The notes beneath the pieces were generated by a model, which was given only the letters and a program-made list of their open reading frames with translations, made no database searches and was not told the origin of the DNA. A stretch of DNA of 64,000 nucleotides from Geosiphon pyriformis uo1 (taxonomy: Eukaryota > Fungi > Glomeromycota), in NCBI GenBank assembly GCA_016748015.1, contig JAAOMT010000503.1:645669-709668 (forward strand), written 5' to 3'. A program made the translations under genes and the position numbers. The first letter of the stretch is position 1. Every line of letters starts with the position of its first letter. Positions 24,427 to 37,510 of this stretch are shown piece by piece.

Positions 24427-27400
24427 ATGGCACAAGTTGAAGACATATCAATTATTGAAATACCACCACCTCTTCCACCAAAAAACGACCTTCCTCTTTT
24501 ACCACCTAAAGATATTTCTCGAATAACTTTTGCAACCGGGGTAGCACTTAGTCCATCCCAGACCAAAGGTTTAAACCCTCGAGTTATATCAGACTCTGAG
24601 AGTCATAACTCTTCCTATACGTTCTCTGGGGCGAAGGGTGCAAAACGCCCAAGAGTTTCTCCTAGTCTACCTCCACCTCCACCTTCACCTTTAAATACTT
24701 TTTCCTTACAGTCTAACGAAGACATAGCAGATCAAGATAAAGGGAAATCTGCACCTCGTGAGATGCTGGCCAAACTCTCACTCTGGTTAAGCTTGAGCAA
24801 ATTTAAAAAACCAAAAGACGATCCTGCAAGTTCCGAAATGGCAACAAACGACTCAACAGATATCGTTTCAGAAGCAACAGATATTCCTCGTTTAAAAAAG
24901 ACAACCAGTATTTCTAAATTATTCCGTAGAATAAGTACCAGACGTAGGAAAGAAGTAATTAATGAGGGAGATCCTCTCCCTGAAGTTAGACACCCGACAA
25001 CAACCTCAACCTCTAATTTCTCCACAATCTCGCCTCGTAGAAAAAATTTCAATACATTTTTAGATAAGTTTACCAATCGTAAAGCTTCTGATCAAGTTCT
25101 CGGGACAAAAGGGGAGGCATCAAATTCCAAGGTTGGTTCATCACCTTGGGATATTACTGGAATTAACAGAGGTGAAACCCAACTCCAAAAATTGTTCGTC
25201 GAAGGTCTGGATTTCTCGATTTCTTCGCAAACATTGTTCCAAGACGATGAATCTTTATCGCCTTCTTCAACCCAAAATTCTACTACAGCCACTACAATGG
25301 AATCAATTTTTTACGGAAATGATCATGAATATATCAATGACAATAGTGACTATTTTGGAATAAACATTGATTCTATCGCTTCCTTTAGGGATTCAATAGT
25401 TCCCATAAGAGATTCGATAGTTCCTATTAGAGATTCAATGGCTAAATCATCAGTATATTCAACGGAACGTGCTGATGATGATACTATAAAAGGTGTATCT
25501 GGGACTATTCGATCACATAGCCGAGTTTTTGATGGCAACACTGCATTATTCTTAAGAGACGATTCCAATCAAAGATTAACAATTGTAGGAAGACCTGTTT
25601 CTAATCAGGTTAATCCAATGAATACATCACAACCTAAAATAGAGAAATCATTTAAAGAAGTATCCTCAATAGAAATTTCTAAATTAAAAAACAATCAAAA
25701 TCAACAAAGTTTGCCTTTGAACACTCCAAGCAGAAGTGAATCTTTAACATTCAACAAGAAAGTTCTTGTAAATAATGCCATTAATAATAGGTTGAACCTA
25801 GACAATAGGAAATCATCTCTTTCACTATTAGATCCTAAATTCAGCAATATTTCAACAACACCAATGCCAATAACACCAACTATTCGAATAGAATCAGATA
25901 AGAGAGTAACAATCCTTGACTCGGAAACTGATGTTCATACAATACATAAAACAAATCCCACGGATCCGGTAACATCCCCAGAGACTATTGGACCTTCCAA
26001 ATCAGATAAATCCCCTTTAAAATTCTTTACTAAAAGGCTTTATCAAAGTCTTCGCCCGTCAAATTCTATGACAGATGAAAAGCGTCAAAAGCATATATCA
26101 ATGAATATCAATGGAATCAATGAATTGACCACAGGTACATTGTTAGATATTAAAAAATCGCCAAAATTAGATGAACGAATGTTTGACGGAGTTAGCTCAC
26201 AAGTAGATCTTTTAAAAGGGCTTGAAGAAGAATCTGAAGTTGATAGTGATGATATTTCAAAAGATGTGGATAATATAACATTTGATGATGGAGTTGAGGG
26301 TGATGTGTCAGCGACTCAATCACAAGCACAAGATTCTAGCTTATATACCCCATCCGAATATGAATCATCTTCGAATAATAAACCGTTATCGAGAATGTCT
26401 TCATTCGCTAGATCTTATAATTCAGAGGATCCATCTGCAATGAGTACCACTTTTTCTGATTCCCAAATCGCTGAATCTGAAGTTTTAAAAACCGATTGGC
26501 CGGTAGAGACTGCTCTCATTAACTTTGCAGATTTCGACAAAGGTCCAGCTCGTTTATCGAACAATCATTTGGCATATATTCCTAATAATTTTTTTGATGA
26601 GCTTCATAGTCTTAAAGCGTTATACCTTGATCGTAATTCATTGAGGGATTTGCCAGAGGAATTATTGAAGCTTACGAAATTGGAAATACTGGATCTAAGT
26701 AACAATTGTATTGCTGAATTCCATCCGAGGTTAAAGTTTAAACGTTTAAGAAACATGCGACGCCTTAACTTGGACAATAATGGACTTATTGATATTACGA
26801 GTATAACGAAATTGAAAACATTAAGAGAGCTTCGTGTAAACAACAATTTCCTAGATAATTTAACTCCTGACATTGGAAGACTAGTAAAACTGAAACATCT
26901 TCACCTGAGTAACAATGATCTGTCCTCCTTACCTGAAACAATTTGTCGATTAAGGTGTTTAACTGTACTTCGATTGAACAATAATCATATTCGCAATTTA
27001 CCATCATCTTTCTGTTCTTTACGACAATTACAAGTGTTGGAAATTAGGGGTAATCTCTTGAGCCAATTGCCTGAGAATTTAAAAGATCTAGAGAATCTGA
27101 CTGAGCTGGACATTTCCCAGAATAACCTAGGATTGCTTCCCAACGACATAACAAGGTGCACAAAGCTAGTTAAATTAGACGTACATAGTAATCAACTGGA
27201 ATCAATTCCGCTAAAAATTGGTCAACTATCTCGATTAGTTAATTTGAACCTTCAAAATAATCGACTTTCCACTCTTCCTGCTGATATAGGAAAACTGACT
27301 GCTCTGACAGATTTGGACTTGTCAAAAAATCAGCTGATAGTTCTTCCCGAAGAACTTGGGAAACTTGTGAAGTTAACGGAGATTAAGCTTAATGACAATC

Positions 27401-28332
27401 CTTCACTTTTGACATTGCCGCCAACTCTAAAAAAATTGACATCAGTCAAAAAAGTACATTTGCAAAATTGTAGTCTTAGCCAAATTCCGTTTGATATTGG
27501 CCTCGCTTACAAGAAATTAACTCTTCTGGACATATCTTGTAATTCATTGGATACAATTCCGAAGCTTGACAGTATGGAAAAGCTATGGATTCTCAAAATT
27601 TCAAATAACCGTATTAATGATTTGACAGATCAAATCGATCAATTGAGTAATCTACGAGAGCTTTACGCCTCTGGTAACAAATTGAAGCAGCTTCCAAGGT
27701 CAATTGGTCGTCTAAAAAATCTGGAAATTTTGGATATTGCACAGAATTTGTTAATGGGGATACCTCTTGCCATTGGTCAATGTCAAGCTTTAAAGGAGAT
27801 CCGGCTGTCAGGTAATCATTCTTTAGGAAATATACCAGCAACTCTGGGACGACTTAGCGTTTTGAACATTTTTCATGTTGGTGAATGGCCTGACTCTGGC
27901 TTCACAGTTACGCAGGAAGATTCTCGCACCACACATAATACCAAGACAAACCCATATCAACAAAAGGTTCCTCAAAGTGTAGAACGAGCGCTTTTATGGA
28001 GAATGCATGATTCAATATTGAAGAGATTAAGGGAACTTGATAATAATGATGGAGCTTCAGATTCTGTATTGAGTGGGGAATCCTTGAATGTTTCTCAGCA
28101 GGATTTCACTGCTAGTCATCCACCATCCCCAATACCACCACGTGACGACGTTATTTTGAAAATGGCTGTATTAAAAGGTGTTTATGACCAAATCATAAGA
28201 GATGTGCGCAATCTCGAATCCGATAAGGAATCTAGTGGAGATGAAGCCACAGAATTTCCCGGAGACAGTGGAAAAAAGAAAAAATTTATGAAATTAAAAG
28301 ACTTTAAATTCTTGAACCGGGGTGACAAATAA
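24427..28332 (+). CDS. Large leucine-rich-repeat protein (1301 aa; low-complexity N-half, ~19-20 LxxLxLxxNxLxxLP repeats)
   Basis: Intronless ORF with regular ~23-aa LRRs of the SHOC2/adenylate-cyclase type; no catalytic domain recognised. Confidence 0.88.
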   Translation: MAQVEDISIIEIPPPLPPKNDLPLLPPKDISRITFATGVALSPSQTKGLNPRVISDSESHNSSYTFSGAKGAKRPRVSPSLPPPPPSPLNTFSLQSNEDIADQDKGKSAPREMLAKLSLWLSLSKFKKPKDDPASSEMATNDSTDIVSEATDIPRLKKTTSISKLFRRISTRRRKEVINEGDPLPEVRHPTTTSTSNFSTISPRRKNFNTFLDKFTNRKASDQVLGTKGEASNSKVGSSPWDITGINRGETQLQKLFVEGLDFSISSQTLFQDDESLSPSSTQNSTTATTMESIFYGNDHEYINDNSDYFGINIDSIASFRDSIVPIRDSIVPIRDSMAKSSVYSTERADDDTIKGVSGTIRSHSRVFDGNTALFLRDDSNQRLTIVGRPVSNQVNPMNTSQPKIEKSFKEVSSIEISKLKNNQNQQSLPLNTPSRSESLTFNKKVLVNNAINNRLNLDNRKSSLSLLDPKFSNISTTPMPITPTIRIESDKRVTILDSETDVHTIHKTNPTDPVTSPETIGPSKSDKSPLKFFTKRLYQSLRPSNSMTDEKRQKHISMNINGINELTTGTLLDIKKSPKLDERMFDGVSSQVDLLKGLEEESEVDSDDISKDVDNITFDDGVEGDVSATQSQAQDSSLYTPSEYESSSNNKPLSRMSSFARSYNSEDPSAMSTTFSDSQIAESEVLKTDWPVETALINFADFDKGPARLSNNHLAYIPNNFFDELHSLKALYLDRNSLRDLPEELLKLTKLEILDLSNNCIAEFHPRLKFKRLRNMRRLNLDNNGLIDITSITKLKTLRELRVNNNFLDNLTPDIGRLVKLKHLHLSNNDLSSLPETICRLRCLTVLRLNNNHIRNLPSSFCSLRQLQVLEIRGNLLSQLPENLKDLENLTELDISQNNLGLLPNDITRCTKLVKLDVHSNQLESIPLKIGQLSRLVNLNLQNNRLSTLPADIGKLTALTDLDLSKNQLIVLPEELGKLVKLTEIKLNDNPSLLTLPPTLKKLTSVKKVHLQNCSLSQIPFDIGLAYKKLTLLDISCNSLDTIPKLDSMEKLWILKISNNRINDLTDQIDQLSNLRELYASGNKLKQLPRSIGRLKNLEILDIAQNLLMGIPLAIGQCQALKEIRLSGNHSLGNIPATLGRLSVLNIFHVGEWPDSGFTVTQEDSRTTHNTKTNPYQQKVPQSVERALLWRMHDSILKRLRELDNNDGASDSVLSGESLNVSQQDFTASHPPSPIPPRDDVILKMAVLKGVYDQIIRDVRNLESDKESSGDEATEFPGDSGKKKKFMKLKDFKFLNRGDK
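25388..25437 (+). repeat. In-frame 21-bp tandem repeat (RDSIVPI x2 + RDS)
   Basis: Visible in both DNA and protein. Confidence 0.75.
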
Positions 28333-28809
28333 TTTTTTATTTAAACAAGTCGATCTACGAGCCAATTCATTTTTATTGGGAATTCCTTTTTATTGGAAAT
28401 TCCTTTTAGCAAATCTATGCCTTCCTTGACTAAATTAGTCTCGCCCTTCTATATTATATCTCCATTAATTCCGGCATGTTATGTATTCATTGTATTACCA
28501 TATAATTATATAGATTTCACGTGTACTGAAGCATTTTTTCTTGTAATATAGTTTTTGCTAAGTTCGACCTTGTAATTCTTTTGCATTTTCACGATAAAAA
28601 TTATTTCCCTGTATAAAAAACAAATTATGCTAACAAGAACTTTTCATTTCTAACCTTACCAAAAATTGGTGATATAATGCCGTCCGAATAGTAGAATAGC
28701 CAGATAAACGCAAAGCGGCAACACGTTATTGATATCATAGTAAAACAGATCTTCCAAAATGTACCCGAATCTACTTTAGTTTCCATGAAAACTGTGGCCC
28801 TGATTTATC

Positions 28810-29679
28810 TTAATCTAATTTCTTGCTTAAAATAAAGGCGTCTGGTGGAGTAATATTTTTGTAATACCCTTCAATAGTACCGACAATTTGGAAATTGTAT
28901 TTTTTATAAAAAGCAAGGGCTTCCTCGTTCGATGTTTGAACATGTAAATAAATCTCGGCAAACTTGTTAGGATTTGCATGCTCCAAAATGTGTTTTAGAA
29001 GTTCGGTACCTTGGTATATTGAACGAAAGTAAATCACTCGAAGAATAGGATGAAAAAGAGCATATTAAAGGTCACGTTTCGATCATTTACCTATGCCTAG
29101 ATTTCGATAAGGAGCTAAAACTCCAAGTGTCATTATATAAAGTTTGAGGTGCTTAGAAACCGGAATCGGTTCCTTACGACAACAAACTCCTCCCACGCAT
29201 GCATCATTAAAGTATGCTATTGAAGACGAGTATGAAAGATGGAGTATGTTATATTTCGTATCTAAGCAATAAGCTGCTTCCTTAACCCATTAATTTCAAG
29301 CTTCTGTAAACAGAGTTCAATGATTAAATTGGAAGTGGTTATAAAGGTAACATTGAAGAAACATAAAACAAGCCATTTTACCTTTCTCTTGAAGCTCACT
29401 TTCCTTAAAAGGGGCAAGGAGTCATTAAACTGAAAGATTACGCGACCTACCCAACTTCGCGAATTCCCCGACCTCAAGGACATCTTTATAAAACTTTTCA
29501 CTATAATGAACAGGGAAAAGGACAGAGTTTAGGCGTTTCAACTGGCCCAAGTTATTTGAGGTTACGTCTCCAAGTTCTATTATGTGACGGGCTGTTTTCT
29601 TATGGGAAGATATCTTTGGTTCTACAGAGGTTTCTGAAGTCGCGGTATTCTCAGAGGTTTGTTTGGTAGGAGCTCCCAT
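28810..29679 (-). CDS. NAA50: N-alpha-acetyltransferase 50 (NatE catalytic subunit), 3 exons
   Basis: ELGDVT..NLGQLKRLNSVLFPVHYSEKFY; LYIMTLGVLAPYRNLGIG; YLHVQTSNEEALAFYKK; exons 29679-29451, 29216-29091, 29009-28810. Confidence 0.93.
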
Positions 29680-31386
29680 ATTAAATTCGCAGAGTTGGAC
29701 TTTCGCGTTAAAAATATTGGGAATAAATCTTCCGGAAATCACCTGATTTCCGGATAGTAATAATCAAAAAACAGGATTTCAGAAGTTATAGATACGTAAG
29801 TTATTGCATCATAATACTACGGTTCGCGCTCAGAATTTTTCATTATCACCGTGGAATCGTTTTTATAATAAGGATAAAAGCGTACCATGGCCTTTGTACA
29901 TAGAAACAATAACTTGCCTTATCCGCACAAGATATCTGATGGCAAAATACATATTTTTTACTTAATCGCAATAAATTGATAGGATATAAAAACCTTTTTA
30001 TTGTTGTTGCTTTTGTTAACAACTCGTCAAAATACCTCTCACCAAATCTATCTATTGTCCCAAAATCATTTGGAAACCCCATCAGTGATCCGTAAGCGAG
30101 TGCTAATGAAAGGAATTATGTTGGGTTAACACATTCTTGAAGCTCGATGTTATGAGCACTTGCAGTATTTGAACTAGTAAAAGGAAGAAGATTTTGCGCG
30201 TATATGTGCCAAAATGTTCTATAAAATTGTCCCAAAACTCGTTGCTCCGGGGATTTATTATTTATTTTTTCAAGATATTCTGCTTCGCAATCTTGACCCC
30301 ATAGGAGAAGTAATATTTAGTATAAAGCGCGAAATGAAATTTAAAATCCAACCTATCATCTACATATACAACCCACCTTATACTTATAATTGCTCTCAAG
30401 GTAATAACGATCATTTATGGCGAATGGATTTCATCACTTGATAAGGATAAATAAGATCAAGTCAGAAAATCTCAAGTAAATGTTGAAAGTTGTAAAAAGC
30501 TCCTCGATTTAGCAGGAATTTTTTCGTCTTTTGTCTAATTTGGTCAAAAAAAATATCTCATTATATAATTGACTATCCACTTTCAACCTATGGTAAAATG
30601 GAAATAATATGTACAGGTATATTAGTTAAAGTTATAAATTATGCTCTATCCGCCTTCGCACATGTGCATTTTCAGAAATTTTAAAAAGACATTGTTACCA
30701 ACCTGAGATAACACTTCTATACTCTTGTTTTTCGTTCAATATCTTCTATTTTCAACAGAGATGAATTTATTGCACGATATATTACTCCTCAGGAATATTA
30801 TTAAGAAAATTGACCAAAGAATTATATTTTTCTGTAATAAATTTTCCTAACTGGATATTGGGTTTATAGAAAACGAGTCGAACTAGAACTCCACAATTAA
30901 AAGGAATAAAAAATGACGGTAAAAATTTAAAAAAATAGCTATCGATGATGAAGATATCTGGTTTTTTTTTTTTCATGTCATAAGCGTCGATTAATGAGAT
31001 TCCCGGAATAGTCGGCGTGAGAAATTTCCTTTTATCTATTAAATGGAAATGTATAAATAAGTAAAAATAATTCTATAATTTTCAATATAAAACTATTTTT
31101 TAATTGAATTTTTTGCATTTTTAAATAAAATGGTTTAATTTTTGCACAAATTAGTTTATAAATATTAATTTATTCAATAAAAAATAAAATAATTAATATC
31201 CAATTTTTATATACACAATTTAATATAGAAACATGTATGTTTTTTGGAATTTAAAAAATTCAATATTAAAAAAAAATTGTACATAGATTTTCACTTTAAA
31301 CATCTAATGGCTCTTAACAGTAGTAATTTTTTATTTTAAAGTCGCTAAGCAATTTAACATATAGGGTTACAGCGAAAGAAGTCTCA

Positions 31387-31887
31387 ATGAGTTTATTACG
31401 CCTAAGTTGTCCAATACCCCGTCCGATATTTCGTTTCTTTTCTTCTACTGCTGTTTCCCAAGTAACAAAGCCAAGTATTTTCGCGAGGAAAAGGCAAAGC
31501 CAAAAGGCTCGACAGACACCCAGAAATATACCTCTCTCACAAATTGACCCTGACGCTGGTGATGGATATTTCAAGATAACCTTGCGTCGCTCAGTAATTG
31601 GACTTCCAGGAAGGCTTCGACTTATAGTAGAGGCTCTTGGGCTTCGAAGAATAAATCATACTGTTTACCGTGAACAAAGACCCAACATTGCAGGCATGAT
31701 ACTGAAAATCAAAGAAATTGTTGAATTGGAAAACGTTGATGTAATTCCTCCAAAAGATTTACCCACACCAAGAGGCTATACGATAACAAGTAGAAGAAAT
31801 ATCGATAATCTCAACATCCTCAAAAAGAAACCAAAAAAATATGAACCAAAGAATCTTGAACAGAATATACATTCAAAAGCTAATTAA
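31387..31887 (+). CDS. MRPL33: Mitochondrial large ribosomal subunit protein uL30m (yeast MrpL33-like)
   Basis: Arg/Ser-rich presequence; YFKITLRRSVIGLP..VEALGLRR..GMILKIKEIV L30 signature. Confidence 0.88.
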   Translation: MSLLRLSCPIPRPIFRFFSSTAVSQVTKPSIFARKRQSQKARQTPRNIPLSQIDPDAGDGYFKITLRRSVIGLPGRLRLIVEALGLRRINHTVYREQRPNIAGMILKIKEIVELENVDVIPPKDLPTPRGYTITSRRNIDNLNILKKKPKKYEPKNLEQNIHSKAN

Positions 31888-31888
31888 A

Positions 31889-33973
31889 TTAGTTAGGTAT
31901 TTCAATTTTCACGTCAATTTGGGCCTCGCGTGCAAGTTTAACGATCTGCGATATTTGAACGGATTTTTTTGCCGCATCATCCAGATCGTCACATGAAATT
32001 ATACGAAGTCCAGATTCTTGAATAAGCCTTTTTGCAGCTGTAACCTCAGTACCTAAAAAAAATATGTCTTTAAGGATAGATCTAGTTTTGGTGATAAAAA
32101 TTTTACTTGCCATACCTTGTAATCGTACAATCACAGGCAAGTTTAAATTTAGTTCGGACGTAGCTTGAATTACCCCTTTGGCGATTATATCACAGCGCAT
32201 AATACCACCAAAAATGTTTACTAATATTGCTGTCACGTGTGGATCCGATGATATGATTTTAAAAGCTTCAGTGACTTGTTCGGCAGTAGCACCACCACCA
32301 ACGTCCAAAAAATTAGCGGGTTCTCCGCCATGAAGTTTGATAATATCCATAGTCGACATGGCTAATCCGGCACCGTTAACTGTAAAAACCAGTTGAAACG
32401 AATAATAATAATAAATACCAAGTTAAAAAAGACTCATTCCGCGACCAAACTCACCTAGGCATCCGATTTGACCTTCTAAACCAATATAATTTAAGTTATA
32501 CTTTGCCGCCTCAACTTCACGGGGGTCTTCTTGAGAAGTGTCTCTCAATGCAAATATGTCCTTCTGGCGAAAATACGCATTATCATCGAAATTAATTTTC
32601 GCATCCATGGCAAGAACTAAATGAAGGCATCCACAAAAATTTGAGAATCGAATTGTAAAATACGAAGCTAACGGTATCTGCCGAACATCATATCTTTACC
32701 TTCATTTTCTACAGATTCAGCAAGAGGGTTGATTTCCACTTGAGTAGCATCTTTTTCTATAAACAGTTTATAGAGCTTGAGAAACAAATCAGCTGCCTAT
32801 ATGAGAGTTATGTGACTATTTGCGTTAGTTAGAAAAAACATAAATGAAGTACATATCATGTTTCAAGGTCTTTCAAATAGCTATTCATATTGAACTCTAA
32901 GCGATATTTAAAATAAAAGCTTTCCCAGATTACTTACATCGTCAGTAACTCTTGGAGAAAGACCTAATTTATCAGCCAATGCCTTTGCATCCTCTACGGT
33001 TAAACCGATATCGATGTCAATTGGTAATTTAATAATAGCATCCGGATCCTCAGCGGCCACAGTTTCAATGTCAACACCACCTTGAGACGAGGCCACTATA
33101 ACAGGCCCTTGAGACGTTCTATCTTGTAAAATAGCAAAATAATACTCGTGACGAAGGAACTTGCGCTCAGCGATAAAAACCTGGTAATTAAATCGAATAT
33201 CAAAGAAATAGTGGTGAGTAATTTAATTCAAAGATAAAATTAAATGCAAATCTGAAATTCGCATTACCGCATTACAAATTTTCCCCGCAGGACCAGTTTG
33301 CTTGGTTATAAGTTTATATCCTAGCATTTGTTCTGCAAATTTCTTTGATTCGGCGGGTCTGAAGGTTATATTGAATCAATATATATCCTAAGCATCAAAC
33401 CCTGACTAGGAAATATATAAATATTCTTACGAAGAGACCGTTTTGACACCACCCTTGAGGCCACTGTCGAATACACCTTTGCCACGTCCCCCAGCAAGAA
33501 CTTGGGCCTTGATAACAGCGTCTTCTTTACCTAATACCGGTCATAGCATTCCAAAATTTTTGATCAAAAACACCATCGATTGGCCGGTTGGTTCAAAGAA
33601 CTAGATATTCCAATGCTAGCAAGTCATGACTTTTTTTGCAAAGATTAATTAAAATTTAGGAAAATGAAAAGTTCTCTTCCACTCACCAAGTTTTTGTGTA
33701 ACTTCATAAGCTTCTTGGGGTGTCCTAGCAACACTTCCTTTAGGTATGTTTACGCCATACCTTTTCAGTAAATCCATGGAGAGATATTCGTGAATCGCCA
33801 GAAATCGTTTTTGTTGCCCCTTACGGAGCTGATGTTAGTTTCGTGCAAAAAAAAAGTTTTCTCAATAAATTCTCATTAGGTAAATAAACGGTAAATCGAC
33901 AGATAATTAAAGAGAGTAATACCATTGAGACTCGGCTCACATTTATTTTATTGAGTCTTAAAGAGCGAAACAT
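31889..33973 (-). CDS. LSC2: Succinyl-CoA ligase beta subunit, mitochondrial, ~9 exons
   Basis: [73 protein letters not shown]; GT-AG introns between the pieces. Confidence 0.95.
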
Positions 33974-34524
33974 ATTTATTAGTCGAGACTCGAGAAATGA
34001 GAATGTGGACAATCACTAATCAGCCGAAATTTTGGACATTGAAAATATTTGACCAATGATTGTTTAATTAATTTGGTAATTAACTTTTAATGATATTAAA
34101 TAATGATAATATTAATAATAATAATAATAATAATATCAAAGCCATTTTTTAGAATTATAAATTTTTAAGTTTGAGCTTTAATTATATGTTCTTGAGTTTT
34201 TATAATTATAAATAAATAATTAATTAATTAATTAGATGTCAATTTTTTTTTAAATACATATTAATATTTATTTGTTTTTACCTTAAAAATTTATAAAAAT
34301 ATTTTCAATATTACAATATTACAATATTTAATTTGTAAATTTAAAATCATTGAAATTAGATATGATAAAAATTAAAATTATTTTATATTTTTAATAAATA
34401 AATTAAAAAAACATAGGTTTAATTATTTTGTTAAAATATTAAATAAAATTATATGTTACATTTATATACAATTTATAAATAATTAAATTTTTTTATGCTT
34501 ATTTAATTTTGTTATAAATACTTA

Positions 34525-34563
<39 letters not shown>
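34525..34563. repeat. (AAT)13 microsatellite in an AT-rich intergenic block
   Basis: Perfect AAT run. Confidence 0.9.
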
Positions 34564-34566
<3 letters not shown>

Positions 34567-35334
34567 AAAATAAAAATGTCATATACAAAATTAAAAATAA
34601 AAAGAATAATTTTTATTAATAATATACATACGTATTTAATAAAGAATGCTATAGAAATTTCTTTACCATTAATGATTTTTTCATGTTTATCGATTACAAA
34701 TTAACTTTATCTTGACCACTCTTTTATAACCCAAACTCGCTAAACGACCTGTCGATGATTTAAATTACATAGTGTTCTTTTTAAAAAATAACAATATGGC
34801 TTTATAAACAAAACAAATCACCGGTTAAATTGGGTAATTTCACTTCAGATGTATAAAATTTCTACAAACGAGTATATTTAAGTGAATTATAAATCAAAAA
34901 ATTAACGGGGTATCGAAATATTAATCTGCCTCTAATTTTAGGGAAAGATGAATCTTTTATGAAAATTTCAAATTAATTTATTCCCCTGCAATGGGAAATA
35001 TCCCATTCAGCTTTGTAATAAGGATAATCAGACCTTATGTGATTTTTTCCCATTGTAATTTTTTGGATGACCGCAAAGAGGGCGGGAAACGGGAAATCTA
35101 TTTGGTCACGGCCCGAAATTTTTTATAACACACATTGTCGATCCACCCGTCAACTTATTATAAAAAATTTTAAATTTTCCTTTGGCTGTGTGCTCCACCT
35201 TTAATTACTGAAAATAAAAATCTTAAAAATTTTTGGCTTTTTTATTTAATTCCATTGTCAAGCATTTCGCGTATGATGCAGTTTTTTTGATCGTTTTCAC
35301 ATTTGAAAAATATCTTAGTAAATTGATATCAGTT

Positions 35335-37249
35335 ATGGTGGCGGAAGTAAAGTCTAAGCAGGTTTATAATGAACCCTAATTTTTTTTGAATTCTTTTTTA
35401 TTAAAAGCCATCACTATAGTAAACCTTTTTTTATCAACCCATTTTTTCCATGATTGCTTATTGAAGGTCGACAATGTTTCATCATTGTCAGAGACAAAGT
35501 CCCTGACTAGTCAAGCTTACTCCATAAAGACTACAACCACAATCACTGCCACCATCAAAACCACTGCTAAAGGTTTTACTAACGACGATCTGACTGCCCT
35601 CTCAAAGTCTCTTAACCAACGTCACATCAACTTTAAACCCCGTGGATCACATTTTGACCGTGAGACCATGGATCAAGAGCAGTCAACCTTTCGGGGTTTT
35701 TTTACTTTATTTTGGATCGCTATGGGTTTTTATATTATTCAGACAGTGGTCCACAATTTAGAAAGCGCCGGCACCCTTTTCGATTTGTCATTTGCAAAAC
35801 TTTTTTCGTCTGATGCTATTGTACTGATTTTGAGCGACGCTTGTATGGTTGGTGCTACATTTTTTGATGTTTTATTACAAAAAGTGGTTGCACGCGGCTG
35901 GATAAAATGGAGATACACCGGAATGATTCTTCAGCATGTGTTTCAGATTTCTTTTCTTTTCATATCCGTATGTTGGACTTTTTACAGGTAAGATTATCAT
36001 ATCGTGAATTCAAACCAAAGAGTTGAAATTTATTCAATCATAGAAATTAACTTTCACGCTTTTCATTTAGAGGATGGCCTTGGGTACAATCTGGGTTCTT
36101 TGTACTGCATACTATTTCCATGTTGATGAAAATTCATTCATACGCCTTTTATAATGGTGATCTATCTTCATTGGCACTTCGTGTTTCAAACCTAAAGGAA
36201 GAATACAACCAAATTATAGGTAGAAATAAAAAGTCAGATAGTGAACCGACCTCAATCGGCAATGACGATTCAAAAAAAAGTGCAGAGGTGACGCGAAACG
36301 TCGCAGATTTGCGCCAGGAGATTCAAGACATTGAAAACTGTTTAATAAGTACATCTGGGAAAATATCTTATCCCGATAATCTCAGCTTTACAAAATTTGC
36401 CGACTATTTATTCATTCCGACATTAGTTTACGAATTCGAATACCCAAGGACAACAAAGTACTTTATGGTTTCTTTATTATTTACATCAAATTAATTACTA
36501 CAAAGTCTTTACCTTAATACTTTTGTTTATCCAAAAATAGAATTCGCCCATGGTACGTTTTTGAAAAGGCACTGGCAACTTTGGGCACCTTCTTCCTTCT
36601 TTATGTTAATACAGAAACCTACATTATTCCGGTGATTCCGCGTGCGACCGAATCTTTCGCAAAAGCATTTTTTCAAATGTCCCTTCCGTTTATGGTCAAT
36701 TATTTGCTTATTTTCTACATTATTTTCGAGTGTATCTGTAACTTATTTGCTGAGCTAAGTTGGTAAGTAATTTATTTTCAACATTTTTAATGTATTGCTA
36801 AAATTAAATCATAATCTTGATTCAATCTTGTTCAACTATGTTTGTCTTCTAGCTTCGCTGATCGTAATTTTTACGACGATTGGTGGAACAGCGCGACTTT
36901 TGATGAATACGCACGAAAATGGAACAAACCCGTACATCATTTCCTGCTCCGACATGTTTACCAGTCCTCAATTCAATCCTATAAACTGTCCAAACGTGAC
37001 GCAAGTTTCATGACCTTTTTCTTATCATCGCTAGTTCACGAGCTTGTTATGATCGTGGTGGCAAGGAAGATTCGAATGTATTTGTTCTTTTTACAAATGC
37101 TTCAATTGCCGTTGATTTGGATAGGACAAATGCCTGCGATTAAGCAACGAAAATGGTTGGGAAATGCTTTCTTTTGGTTTGGAATGTTTTCAGGGCCACC
37201 GCTTTTGGGTATCTTGTACTGTTGTGAAATCAATGTCCCTTTATATTAG
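35335..37249 (+). CDS. ARE2: Sterol O-acyltransferase (ARE1/ARE2, MBOAT family), ~5 exons
   Basis: FRGFFTLFWI, LMKIHSY, YPDNL..PTLVY..YPRT, FADRNFYDDWWN, WNKPVHHFLLRHVY, catalytic VHE, GNAFFW; first micro-exon MVAEVKSKQ is inferred. Confidence 0.9.
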
Positions 37250-37510
37250 AATGATCCTTACGATTTACCTTTTGAAAGATTGATTATTGCTTCTATTAAT
37301 AATGACCTTTTTGGTTTATTCAGACTATATTTCATATAGATTACCATTGTAATTTTATCGTTGATCGGTTTCTTGCATCTACCATTTTTATCGTTAATTC
37401 GTACGTATTCTCACCAAGCAACAAATTTGTATATATGTTGTAGTTTTTTATAAATTAATTGTTTTTTGGATGAAATTTTTACATAGACAACAAAATAGAA
37501 ATAAAATAAT

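Noticed and set aside
28372-28408. Short tandem duplication TTTTATTGG(G/A)AATTCCT after the LRR gene
   Set aside because: Two copies only; probably slippage in a 3' UTR.
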